A stretch of 64,000 nucleotides of DNA. It comes from Tubiluchus corallicola (Eukaryota; Animalia; Priapulida). Where the stretch lies: contig JAQGDQ010000075.1 of assembly GCA_030141605.1 (NCBI GenBank), positions 558,001 through 622,000 of the forward strand, written 5' to 3'. Below are positions 14,601 to 25,018 of this stretch, piece by piece. How positions within the stretch are numbered: the stretch's first letter is position 1; every line of letters starts with the position of its first letter. The notes beneath the pieces were generated by a model. The model did not search any database. It was not told the origin of the DNA and saw only the letters and a list, made by a program, of their open reading frames with translations. A program made the translations under genes and the position numbers.

Positions 14601-17600
14601 GTTTGTTTGCCATTTGTTTGTTATTTGTCATTGTTGCTGTTTGTCTATTTCTTGTTCGTTCCTTTGTTGTGATCACCATCATTATCATCATTATCCCAAC
14701 GATAATTGCTGTCATCGTTGTCACTTTTGTCGTTTTGTTGCTGCTGTTGTTGTTGTTGTTGCTATTGTCATTGCCATTGTTGTTTTTTTTCTTAATGTTA
14801 TTGTTGCCGCTGTTATTGTCGAATTTATAGTCATTGTTTTCGTTGACGTTGCCGTTGCTGTTGTCATTGTCATTGTCGTTGCCGTTGTTGTTCTTGTATA
14901 TTTGTTTCTTGCTTGATGTTTTTGTTGTCCTCATCAACATCATCATTGTTGACGTCATTGTTATATTTGTTAATTTATTGTTGTTGGTGCTGCACTATTA
15001 CTGTTATTGTTGTTTTGTTGCTATGTTGTCATAGTTTTTGTTGCTACTGCTGATGTTCTTGCTGATGTTGTTACAGTTGCTGCTGTTGTTCTTATTTGTT
15101 TGTTTGTTTTTTGCAAGCTGTGTTTGCTGTCATCGTCGTTATCATTGCTGTCGTCATTGTTATATTTGTTTTTTCGTCGCTGTAGTTGTTGCAGTTATTT
15201 GTGCAGATACAGAAATGCTCTCTTTTCAATTTAGTACGAGATTTTCCTGTACCAAACTTTTCTACTGCGAAATTTTTAAGGTACCATATTTTCTTAGTAC
15301 CAAAGTTTACTTGTACCCCACTTTCCTAGTTCTAAGCATAACTGGTACCATATTTTCCTTCTACCAAACATTCACTATAATAGATTTTCCTAGTACCAAA
15401 AGTTAATTGTAACTGAATCTGGGAAACGGGTTTTCGTGCTGTGCGGTCGTGTTTTTTTCACGTTGGGGCTCTTGCGGCTAGTACAGTATAACAAACGAGT
15501 TAAATATGGCTGGAAAAGGTTGTATGACGTGCAAAAGTACAAAAGTACAAAAATCAAGATTTAGAGAGAGAGTGGTGTAGTTCAATGTGAACGATGTTGT
15601 AATCAATCATGCAGTGGTGAAACAGCGGAAGATACTGCAGATCAGGAGGAAACATGTCCCAAGACTGTATACCAAGGTGTACAACGTCAAGAGACTACGA
15701 GCATTAGCAGCATGAGTCCTAGCGCTTTTCACAGCTTTATCATTTCCGAGCAGATGAAGCAGTACGGAAAGAACATGAAAAGAGATATAGAGGTGATAGT
15801 GGAGCAAATCCGGCAAGATATTTCTACCGTTTTGGAAAATTCCAAGAAAATAGAGGCAGAGAAGGAACAGTTAAAAGAGTCGATTGCTAATTTAACGCAG
15901 ACTGTGGAAATGCAGCAACAGTATCTGGTATCTGGATCGTTTAGAACAAAAGGAAGAGCAAAAAATCTCGTATTTTACGATATACCTGAAGAGAGGAACC
16001 TTTTAGGATGTGATAGAGATGAATTAAAAGTTGAGCAAATTCTGGAAGTGTATGTCGTGCAAAGTCATGATTATCAAGTCGAACTTAAACACCTAGGCAA
16101 AAAATCTGATAAACCTCGGCCCATCATGCTTACTTTCGATAAAGGAGAGATGTGCAAAATAGTTTTAGAGCGAAAAACTACCTTAACGAGAATGAAAGTG
16201 TGAGAAAAAATTTCATAGAGAAAGATGCTCATCCCCTAGTTTGTGAGGAGTGGTCTAGATTACATCGTGCTAAAAATAGAGAAAGAGAAGCCGAAAAATG
16301 TAAGCAGGAAAACAATTTTCAAGGACAGTAAGCTGTTTGTTGACTCAGTCGCTATTGACAAATTTCACCCACCCAGGTCTAAGACTTTCCCGCCCAAGAA
16401 AACTAATTTCTCTGATAACCTCTTAACTGTATGTTTTTGGAATATAAGTGGAGTTAAAAATAAATTAGAAAACTATTGCCGAAGTGAGTTTGCCTGGTCA
16501 TATGCATTATCGAAGCCCATCACGTTATGCGAGGAGAGGTGGCGGGTACCTTTTGTGAAAAATAAACTTGCTTCCAGCTGTAAACAGGTAACTTACGACA
16601 ATGACGATCAATTTGGACAGTTTTTTCGGGTGTATGTATATTCCCCCGATGGATTCCCGGTTTTACGACGACTCATTTACAAGAGAAAATATGCTGTACT
16701 TTCTCTAATAAACGTGTTGTTCTCGGTGAGGACTTTAATGTTCGTAGGCGATTACACTTCCTTGACAACGTTACACATTAGAAATGCCCGAGTGACGATA
16801 CTGCTTCTAATAGGTAGAATTCTCGCAGACGTTTTGAACACTCAGCATGATTATATAAATGCACATGATTGTTTACCTCAAGTGTTGTATTCACCTTATA
16901 TTCCAGTGATTGATGACTGGCTAACGATGAGGGCATATGTAGATGTCAGTCAGAGGAAGGCTAACAAAGCTGCAGGTTGTGATGGAAATTCTCGAGGAAT
17001 AATCAAATATTTCCCTGTATTTTAGTCATTCTTCATCCTTAGTTTGTTTAATATAATTCTTGCTTCTGCTTTGTGTCCTATGCAATTGTGTATATCTAGT
17101 CTGTATAGAAGGGCCAGCGTTAAAAAGTCTATTTAAGAAGGGCCAGCGTTAAAAATTACAAAGGCATTGTAATTATGAATTCACTGAGTAAACTGTTTGA
17201 AAGTATCACGACTAAATAGATTTAAATTGTGGTATAAACCATGCCCAGAGCAAGCTGGGGCCCAGGCAAAGAAGGACTGTGTTGAACGGATATTGGGCCT
17301 ACGTCTGTTAATAGCATACGCTATGGTAAGCAAAGTAAAACTCTGGATTGTGTTTGTGGATTTTAAGTAACCGTAATATTAATCTTTTATTTGTATAAAA
17401 AAATTTATACAGCAATGACCGCATTCCTAGGGATAGGCTGATGGAAGAGTTTTAAAACGCTGGATGTGATCAGCGTTCCTTAAACACGTTATAGGCGATT
17501 TATCAGTGCACCGAATGATTTTTAAATCAGCGGCAATTGAAGCTTCAGCGGGTGAAAATCAAGCTGCATTCTTTTCGACTTTTATGTAGATGGCACGATA

Positions 17601-18802
17601 CAGAAAGTAAAGCTGTATGGTTTCGACGGCTTTCTTGCTAATCTAGGTACGTTGTTATCTATGCGTAACCATGTGGCTTGTGTTAGAAAACTTGAATTGT
17701 TGACAAATTTTTGCTTATAGTATGGCATGGTTATAAATAATAGTAAAACGCAGTTTTTTGGCTGTAAATGGTACCTGTCCTCAAGATATGTGCAGCATTT
17801 AGCTGAATGACGTTATTGTTAAATATGTTAAAGTGTATTGCTATTTAGAATTTCCGATAGGCTAAAACATCCGTTAAGTCGGTTCATGCGCAGGATTAAA
17901 CTAAGCATTTATTGAAATTTGTGTCTTTGGTATACAGGAATTATGAAATGCCGTTTAGCTTAAAGAAAAAGGTAGCGCTTGCTTGTGTTACAAATGCATT
18001 ATATGAAACAGAGACATGGCTCACATCCAATTTTAAAGGCTGAGAGATATTACATAATAAGGTGGTAAAAATTTTGCTAGTAGTTAAATAGACTACACCT
18101 AATGAATTGGCTCTTAATGAAGCTGAAATGCCCAGTTTGAAAAAAATGACTTTACAAAAACGCAAACAGTTTATGAATAAAGAGCTACCTGTGCTTGAGC
18201 CTGAGGAACTTCTTGTTTTTACTTGAAATTTGGTAAACGCTCCAAATTGGTAAATTTGCAGCTTTTAATATCAAAATGGTGACCGAGAATCTTTCAGCGA
18301 CTCTATTAAAGGAAAAGTGTAAACAAAACCTCAATACGCTACTTACGTATGAAGCTGAGTCCTGCATTGGTTCAGCACCCAATTTATTTTGCAAATTTTC
18401 CGTTAAAAATTAAATTGAGCCGGTTGATACTCTCGTCTCATCACAGAAAAGCTGAGACAGGAAGGTGGGCTAGGCCACCGTTACCTAGTTAACTTGAGAT
18501 TGTGTACCTGCGACGATATAAGCGTGCAAAGTCAGGAATATGTAGTTTTGGCTTGCAAGAAAATGCATTATATGAGAAACAAATATAACGTCACTTTAAA
18601 TACTTGGAATGATTTTTTTAAATCTGGAAAATGAAATATTAGTTAAATTTGCAAATGATGTTTAACGCATTTTCAGCTGAATTGTTTGGCATTAATACTA
18701 ATTTTTATGTTGTTAGTACTGTGTCTGTATCTGCGTACTTAGTACGAATATCTGTTTTTTGATGACTATAGCAGAAATGATAATGGTCATATGTGACAGT
18801 AA

Positions 18803-18872
<70 letters not shown>

Positions 18873-19524
18873 AATATAGTAGAACAATCTTAACCTGTAT
18901 CAGAATCTTCATGTATATACTAAAAATTCTTTGTACCAAATTTTGCCAGTGCCAAACTTTACTATTACCAAATTTACCAGTACAAATTTGCCGGTACCAA
19001 ATTTACGTTTACCAACCTTTCCTACGTTCTCTTAGTCAACTTGGTTAACACGCGTCTGCAATGGCGTAGGTAGGGGGAAGAGGCGGACCGGACCGGAGGG
19101 GCGATCCGCTGCATTTTTAAGAGGGCTGCACTTTGATCTAATGCACTGAAAAAGTTGATTTTGTCGGAAAGGCAGAAAAATATTACCCAACTTACATAGT
19201 TTGCGTGCAGTAGTTAAATGTCCTTTTATAATTGGCGAATTGATAATTGATGTAGGCGTAGTGACGCATGATTTGTCAATACTACATATTATTTCAGTAA
19301 CGCTTTATTATTTCATCAAATTATCTCCACGAGATATTTTTAATCCCGCCGTAAGACCATTTACATATATTAACTGATCCCTGTCGTTGAGTGCTGTAAT
19401 TTGAAAACTTTTTCTTTGTCACTCTTTTCGGTGTGTTTCTTCCGGTCTCTCTATTTCTCTTGCGTCCAATACTGTTTCTCACTATGTGAAAGTGGCGTCA
19501 ATCCAACTATAATGTGTGCGTTTG

Positions 19525-19616
<92 letters not shown>

Positions 19617-22482
19617 ATGTATAATGTATATATGTATAATATGCATTCTTTGTCGTATTAGCGTGCCCAATTGATAAAAAATAATAATATTCACATGCGC
19701 GCAACTAACACTTCGGGGTTTTTTGTTTTGAGTTCTACAATTACATATAAAGTCGTTTGCTGCAACGGACAGTATGCAAAACCTGTATACTCAGAGATGT
19801 ATGCATAGCACAAATCCGTTATTGGAGAGTCAAAGTCCTCGCAAAGAACACACACTGATGCATCGGTAAACAATGTGGTATAATTTCGAAAAGGCAACGG
19901 CTTGCCCTGATCGACAGAAAGAAATTAACATGTGCATTTAATAAATTTTACCTTTCCGGAACAAAATAGTATAAATAAAGAATTCTGGACTCAAATTTCT
20001 AGCAGTTTAAAATGCAATTCCCTCTGATAAAACATGATACTTTTTACAATCAACGTCTTATACTCATGAAGATACTTGTAAGCAGTTAATTAACTCAATT
20101 CTCCTGCTGCAGAGTTAACTGTTAAGTTTTAGCTAGCAGCAGAATTTTTGTACTGCTCGGATTAGCCTTAATAAAATTTTCTAAGCAAATTCAGTACATA
20201 CGTCAAGGAGATATTCGAGCCGGTATGGCCTGCTCTGAAACTGGTCAGATCTATCCTCGGTCTGGTTTGTGGCTGCCTGGTCTGGGTTTTTTTACCCGAG
20301 TCAGTCAGATATGTGGCAAGTTTGTCTAGAATCTTGCCTGTCTTACGTCTGAACTGTCAGCTGTGTGGTCTAGCTGGGTTAGGTCTGATAACGTAAAGCT
20401 AGATGAGTCTCTCTATAAGTTAGTTGCTGACCTATGGTTAGGTTCTTTATAGGTCCTCTGCACGAAATTGTAAAGTACATCTCACAGTGCTGCAACGTTT
20501 CTGTAGAGAGTGTTTTACTTAATACAGGAAGTAGTGATGATGTCATATTTTCTGTACTGTCTACTCGTTTAAATAGAGTATTTCGCGTTACTTCATAGCT
20601 TCAGTAATTATTGGGATGAATAACAAAATTAGTAAAAAATCAAATGGGGGAAATGCGGCGTATCCATTATGACAACAGTTCACTCGTCTCCTCAGATCAG
20701 CCACATACACTTGCCAGGCCTAGCTAAGGTTACGACCACTCCTGATTTGGAAAGGAGTCACCTGAAATCCAGTCACAGATTCGTAATTTGGTCTGCTTTT
20801 TGAAAAATTCTGAAATATCCTCATTTAAACCATCACATTGAAATTCAAGTGACATAAAGTGTAAATATAACTTCCATGCTATTGAAACTTTTCGCGAGAC
20901 TAAGCTAAAAACAGCTGAATCTTTTTTACTAAGGTAACAGTAAACTTATTAAATTGAATAATCGGTTGTATGGCTTCATCATTTTACAACGTCTACATTT
21001 TTCAGCAGGTTTTGCTGCAGTAGTAAGTGGTGCAATGTAGGCAATCTTCCGCTTTAGCTTTAATTCACATAATATACAGTGTTTAATAATTTGATCTCCA
21101 GAAACCTCAGAAAATATAAGAAAACATTAAATGTATTGGGATTGGCAAGAAACTCCAAAAATTGATGTGCACTGCTTGCACTTTGGTTTTAGACTCTTAG
21201 GGCTTTTTAGAGCCTTAAATCAAGAAACGTGTTACTTCTCTGTGATTTAAAATTATTGATTTTTGTTTTTGAAGAAGTCTTCATAAAAAGAGCTAACATG
21301 CAGGAAACGCGTTGGTTTGCAGGCTTCCCAGACGTCATATCTGCTGGCTCTTGACTCCTGAATTTGGTTCTTGACGAGGTGGCAACCCTAGACATAGTCA
21401 TGCAAAACCTCGGGTGTGAGACAGACCAAAACTGACAGAACAGAAAGGAGTCTTGGACCAATGCTTAAAAATCCTGGCTGCGTCAAGGACCAGAACAGAT
21501 TACGTTAGTCCATTAGGTAATGCATAATTTTTGTTGCACATAATTATTTCTAGTAAAGCAAAAATATCACGTATGATTGTTAGATGATGGTGCAAAAATT
21601 CGTTAAAATTTGTAAACAGGCCTGCATTTATGGAACGCCAAAATGGAGTTTAATGCGTATTTTTCATTTCTTATAAATCATTTTTGAATATTCAAAAATG
21701 ATTTTTTAACATACATTAATATACATTAAAAATCACTTATGAATATTCAAAATTGATTTATTGATATTTGTAATTCATTTATTAATATTCAAAAATAAGC
21801 ATTAAATTCCACTTATACGTTCCATATACATCTGTGGGTCTTATCTAACAAATATTTGCAACTCTAAATTTTTATAAAAGTGTGTGAGTATAAAAAAAAT
21901 TGCATTGACTTTTATTAGTTTACCAATCATTTGTGTAACGGCGATGCCGCAGACAGGGACGCCAGGGACCAGTAGCATATTTGGACCATGCGAAAACAAC
22001 CTGCGCTTGGTTTCACATAAAAGAGAAAAAACGCCTATTCTGCCCAATAGGCATACCTTTGAAAGCGAATTTAAATGATTTATTTAAAAAATGTTTAGTT
22101 ATTTAATTAGTCAATTATCGCATTCAGTATTTTCTTCAGCGTCAAGTTTTCCTGTAACAAATTGCAACATTTAGCCAACATTTTGTTTTACGCTATTCTA
22201 TTCTATTCTATTCTATTCTATTCTATTCTATTCTATTCTATTCTATTCTATTCTATTCTATTCTATTCTTCTATTCTGTCTTATCCTGGCCTAGCTAGTG
22301 TATTTCGTTCAAGAGACGACATCTAATCCAACATTAATCAAATTTACAATTAAACTGAAAACTATTACATACATCCAAAATTTAACTGTATTTACTTATG
22401 AAATCTCACCTTTCAAGTTTTGACTTTGTACACCAACTAATAGCGACAACGTGCAAAAGAAAACAAATATAGACCAGTTCAT
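301..22482 (-). CDS. Bilobal transferrin/melanotransferrin-family secreted protein (12 exons seen; 3' end probably outside window)
   Basis: Exons in transcript order, GT-AG and phase-consistent: 22410-22482 (signal peptide [20 protein letters not shown]), 13553-13789 ([21 protein letters not shown]), 13079-13215 ([18 protein letters not shown]), 10594-10705 (YFSQSCAPG), 10233-10465 ([29 protein letters not shown]), 8138-8266 (CNWG), 5163-5301, 4284-4548 (VSFCV..C-lobe start), 3253-3371 ([10 protein letters not shown]), 2189-2435 ([17 protein letters not shown]), 825-953 (DVAFIKH..FELLCP), 301-473 (CNLGKIP). Sum 1993 nt (~664 codons). Motif order matches the transferrin fold twice. Confidence 0.93.
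1147..1870 (-). mobile_element. Degenerate DDE (pogo-like) transposase remnant in transferrin intron
   Basis: Broken frame reads ..[41 protein letters not shown] plus an acidic tail. From recall this resembles the C-terminus of a DDE_1/pogo-like transposase family. Stops are present upstream and the 5' boundary is approximate. Confidence 0.45.
3546..3630 (+). repeat. Interstitial degenerate (TTAGGG)n telomere-like tract
   Basis: ttagggttaggaatgggttagggttagggttaggactaggttagggttaggg with variant units. Confidence 0.8.
5690..7430 (-). mobile_element. 5'-truncated degenerate CR1/L2-group LINE (RT C-terminus and 3' end)
   Basis: Minus strand: broken GVPxGSILGP (~7340-7375), KLFADDTSL (~7262-7290), [32 protein letters not shown] (~6480-6535), terminal LLFGNSSL. 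Many stops and frameshifts. Confidence 0.85.
8920..9560 (+). mobile_element. Degenerate LINE reverse-transcriptase fragment
   Basis: Plus strand, with frameshifts: [58 protein letters not shown] (RT motifs). Confidence 0.85.
11623..11665. repeat. (TA)n microsatellite
   Basis: Perfect TA dinucleotide run. Confidence 0.95.
11808..12603. mobile_element. Non-autonomous hAT-type element (MITE)
   Basis: Imperfect TIRs caggccgtatttacc / ggtaaatccagccctg; flanking near-identical 8-bp TSD gtaacata / gtaacaca; ggggccc subterminal motifs. Confidence 0.7.
14097..14474. mobile_element. hAT-type MITE inserted in the GGTAC repeat arm
   Basis: Ends caaggctggataa / ataacctggccctt resemble the 11808-12603 TIR family; degenerate 8-bp flanks acactagg / atgctaga. 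Confidence 0.45.
14553..15200. repeat. Low-complexity (GTTT)n and (GTT/GTC/GCT)n tract
   Basis: Tetra- and trinucleotide repeats that generate the spurious poly-V/L/N ORFs. Confidence 0.9.
15421..18872 (+). mobile_element. Near-full-length degenerate LINE (CR1/L2 group), antisense in transferrin intron 1
   Basis: 5'UTR; ORF1 from ATG 15507 (Cys-rich [14 protein letters not shown], coiled coil, [27 protein letters not shown]). ORF2 has endonuclease start VCFWNISG (~16430), RT motifs [22 protein letters not shown], and C-terminal ETGRW..CTC..C; ends in a (TAC)n tail. Many stops, frameshifts and internal deletions. Confidence 0.9.
18803..18872 (+). repeat. (TAC)n microsatellite tail of the LINE
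   Basis: About 23 perfect trinucleotide units directly 3' of the LINE. Confidence 0.9.
19526..19612. repeat. (TA)n microsatellite
   Basis: About 43 perfect units. Confidence 0.95.
21629..21826. mobile_element. Palindromic ~200-bp MITE
   Basis: ~36-bp TIRs tatggaacgccaaaatggagtttaatgcgtattttt vs reverse complement tatggaacgtataagtggaatttaatgcttattttt; internal gaatattcaaaa repeats. Confidence 0.75.
22193..22277. repeat. (CTATT)n pentanucleotide microsatellite
   Basis: About 16 units, ~130 bp into transferrin intron 1. Confidence 0.95.
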
Positions 22483-24835
22483 GGTCGTGTTCTAAAAAAT
22501 TTCTAATATTTCTGTAGAGTTTCTTAAAACGAAAAACAATATACACTGAGATCAAAGTAACTAGCAATGGCTGTCGGTCCAAGTGGCGCCTTTACCTATA
22601 ACTGTTAGTCAGCGTCGCTGGGGCCAAAGTCTTTTGGGTAATTGTACACGTAGGCTTGACTATTTAGTTAGGTTAAATGTACTATGTACATAAACGAAAA
22701 GGGACGATGATGTATGATAAATATAACGCATACCTGGGAGTATTACCTGTTATGTATGCTTGTTTTAACGGCCCACGTATAATTGGACAGCTACGCCAGA
22801 ACTGCCAAAAGATGATTGAAAATTGAAGACCATTGAAAAGTTGTAGCCTATATGTTATGCAGTAAAACGATAAAGAGCAGTTTCGAGTGCTGTACAAAAT
22901 TTTTGAAAATTAAAAATAGCGTAGGCCTGTTATCTAAATTCACACATGAACGAATAATTAGGTGGCATATGCAAAAACGCTACTCGAGAGGTTCAATGTT
23001 AATTATTTAATTATATAACGTAATTATTTACAATAAAATCATTCCAGATTTAATTTAAAACTGTCTGTTAAGACACAAACGATGGTTTTGAGGTCTGCAA
23101 AATCGCAGATTAATTGTCTGGCAAAGTTTTTTCCAAACTGTTCGACGCGTAATGAAAGTTAAAACAAAAAATAGTTGCTAATCGCGTAGAAGAATTAGGC
23201 CGTGCTTTTAATTTCCAAAGCTAGTATTATTTTTTCTTAAAAAAGTACGCATGGCACACTGTTGAGTTAGCTTTAATTAAATATGTCTGTTAAATCTTTA
23301 AATGATAGATTTTTCCTCATCATATTTTCTTTTCCCACAATAGCGCATAGCAAAATAAGCACGTAGCACTATTTCAGCTAGCTTTTTATAATCTTCATAT
23401 TTAATTTAGTAAAAATTACAATTTTGATCTTATTTTTCGTCTACACCACAAATAGTTTCTTCTTTTTATTATAAATCTCCATCTTCTAATCACACCGCAA
23501 AAGTTTCACTGTTACATAAATGTTCGTGTATATGACAGGAAATTTCGTGTTTGCTTAGAATTGCATTCCATCTAGTGTATATTTTCGGTTTATGCTTTGT
23601 GCTGCCAGTGCTTCTCGAAATCCAACTCCTAATTCGTCGCAGTTAGAAGAGTGGAAATGAGCGATCACTTCCGCAATAGGCTAACATGAGCTCTGGTGAA
23701 ACTTTGAGGCCCAACCAGCCCTAAGTGAATATTGCGTGATTCGTGATTCGTGTTACGAGAACTGCATAAGTGATTTACCTCGAAGTGTAGGACTTAATCT
23801 AGAGTCCACACCCTCCCGACTAGGTGATTGGGTAGAGAAAAACAAAATGACTGAGGCAGGAAGCCTGAGCTTAGCTATGATTTTGAATGCCTCAGTAGTA
23901 ATGAGTTTAGTCTTTATCTGCATATAACCTAAAGTATTATCATCCGCATATGTATATATATATGGTTGCCCATTATTTATAATAAATTATAATAATTTGA
24001 ATATAGCTCTACGTGATTTAAGACTTACACTGTGGTCGTTTCCTCTCGTCCCTTCCTTCTTCCTATGCCTAATCTTAACCATTTTTTCATTCCATCATGT
24101 CTCTTAACCCTAACGTTCTTTCATTCACTCATTCATCATGACGCCATAACAAGCCACGCTTTCAAGTTGCCTAAGGTAATTCAGTTAATTTGACTAACTG
24201 CTTGAATTCACTCTGATTTGAACCAATTTTCATATATTGTTGACGGTTTCATATGTAGCTTTGTATTAAGGTTTAATCAAACCATACGTCTCCAATTTTT
24301 ATAATGAGTTTGTAGGTTAGCTAAGCACTCAAATGCTTTGGAAAGACCCATTAATATTGCTCCACAATGCTTTCTCCGGTCAATAGCTTTTTTCCATTTT
24401 TCTGTTAAAAACACAGGCTAAATCACGCAAGGCTAAATCATGGAGGCAGCAGATGCTAGAAATAGGAGAAACAATATTAAAGAAGAAAGAAAATTAACAA
24501 AATGCAGTAAGTAAGCCTTGCATTTGGCCTTGTAATTTATACGCAGTAGCGTTTCAAACAAATGTTAGAATAATTAATATTAATTAATCAATAAGATTAA
24601 TTATTTTTGTCAATTGTTTTAGTCTCGAAAAACTATCCGTTATAATTAAATTTTTCAATTGGATCTGAATCTTTAAGTCATTACATGGCTTTCTTTATAA
24701 CAAGCGACGTTTATCCAATTTTATTTATTTTCTATAATTTTTTATTATAAGTTTTATTTTATATTACTAATTACTATAATAATCTGTAATTTTATAGGAT
24801 AGATACCGAAAAAGTTCGTTTACATTTTAGAATAC

Positions 24836-24862
24836 AGATGGCGCGAAATCGCCGGAACAGGA
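24836..24862 (+). promoter_or_regulatory. Probable STXBP1 core promoter motif cluster
   Basis: CpG-rich patch in AT-rich DNA ~170 bp before the ATG: agatggcg (YY1-like), gcgcgaaa (E2F-like), ccggaa (ETS-like). Confidence 0.4.
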
Positions 24863-25018
24863 GTAAACGCTGAACTAAACGGTTTATAAAGTTTTGAAAC
24901 TCAGTGTTTAAACTTTTTTCAAAGCATTTTGCATTTCTTCGATTGAAATTTTTGATCGCCACTGTGCTTGTAACTTTCGTGACTATTCACGAGTCAAGAA
25001 ACAATAGGAATTACAAAA

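Larger units (their letters stand above)
13981..19030. mobile_element. Foldback-like element with inverted arrays of short GGTAC/GTACC-containing repeats, hosting nested insertions
   Basis: Left arm units such as aaatgtggtac/aagtttggtac (13981-14090, 14480-14550); right arm reverse-complement units gtaccaaa(t)ttt (15230-15410, 18880-19030). Confidence 0.5.

Noticed and set aside
14503-15406. Overlapping ORFs rich in V/L/N/C on both strands
   Set aside because: Translations of simple-sequence repeats; no splice or domain support
13981-15410. GGTAC/GTACC arrays as a CRISPR-like array
   Set aside because: Units are short and degenerate, with no constant repeat plus unique spacer pattern, no cas genes, and a eukaryotic intron context
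15712-17025. Longest ORFs in the track (163 and 260 aa) as host genes
   Set aside because: They are remnants of LINE ORF1 and ORF2
19401-19694. ORFs with IYIYIY runs
   Set aside because: Produced by the (TA)n microsatellite
19059-21490. Single large hAT element (caatggcgtag ... ctgcgtcaagg)
   Set aside because: Terminal match is weak, and there is no TSD or recognisable transposase
22483-22620. Iron-responsive element in the transferrin 5' region
   Set aside because: No CAGUGN-loop hairpin found by eye on the sense strand
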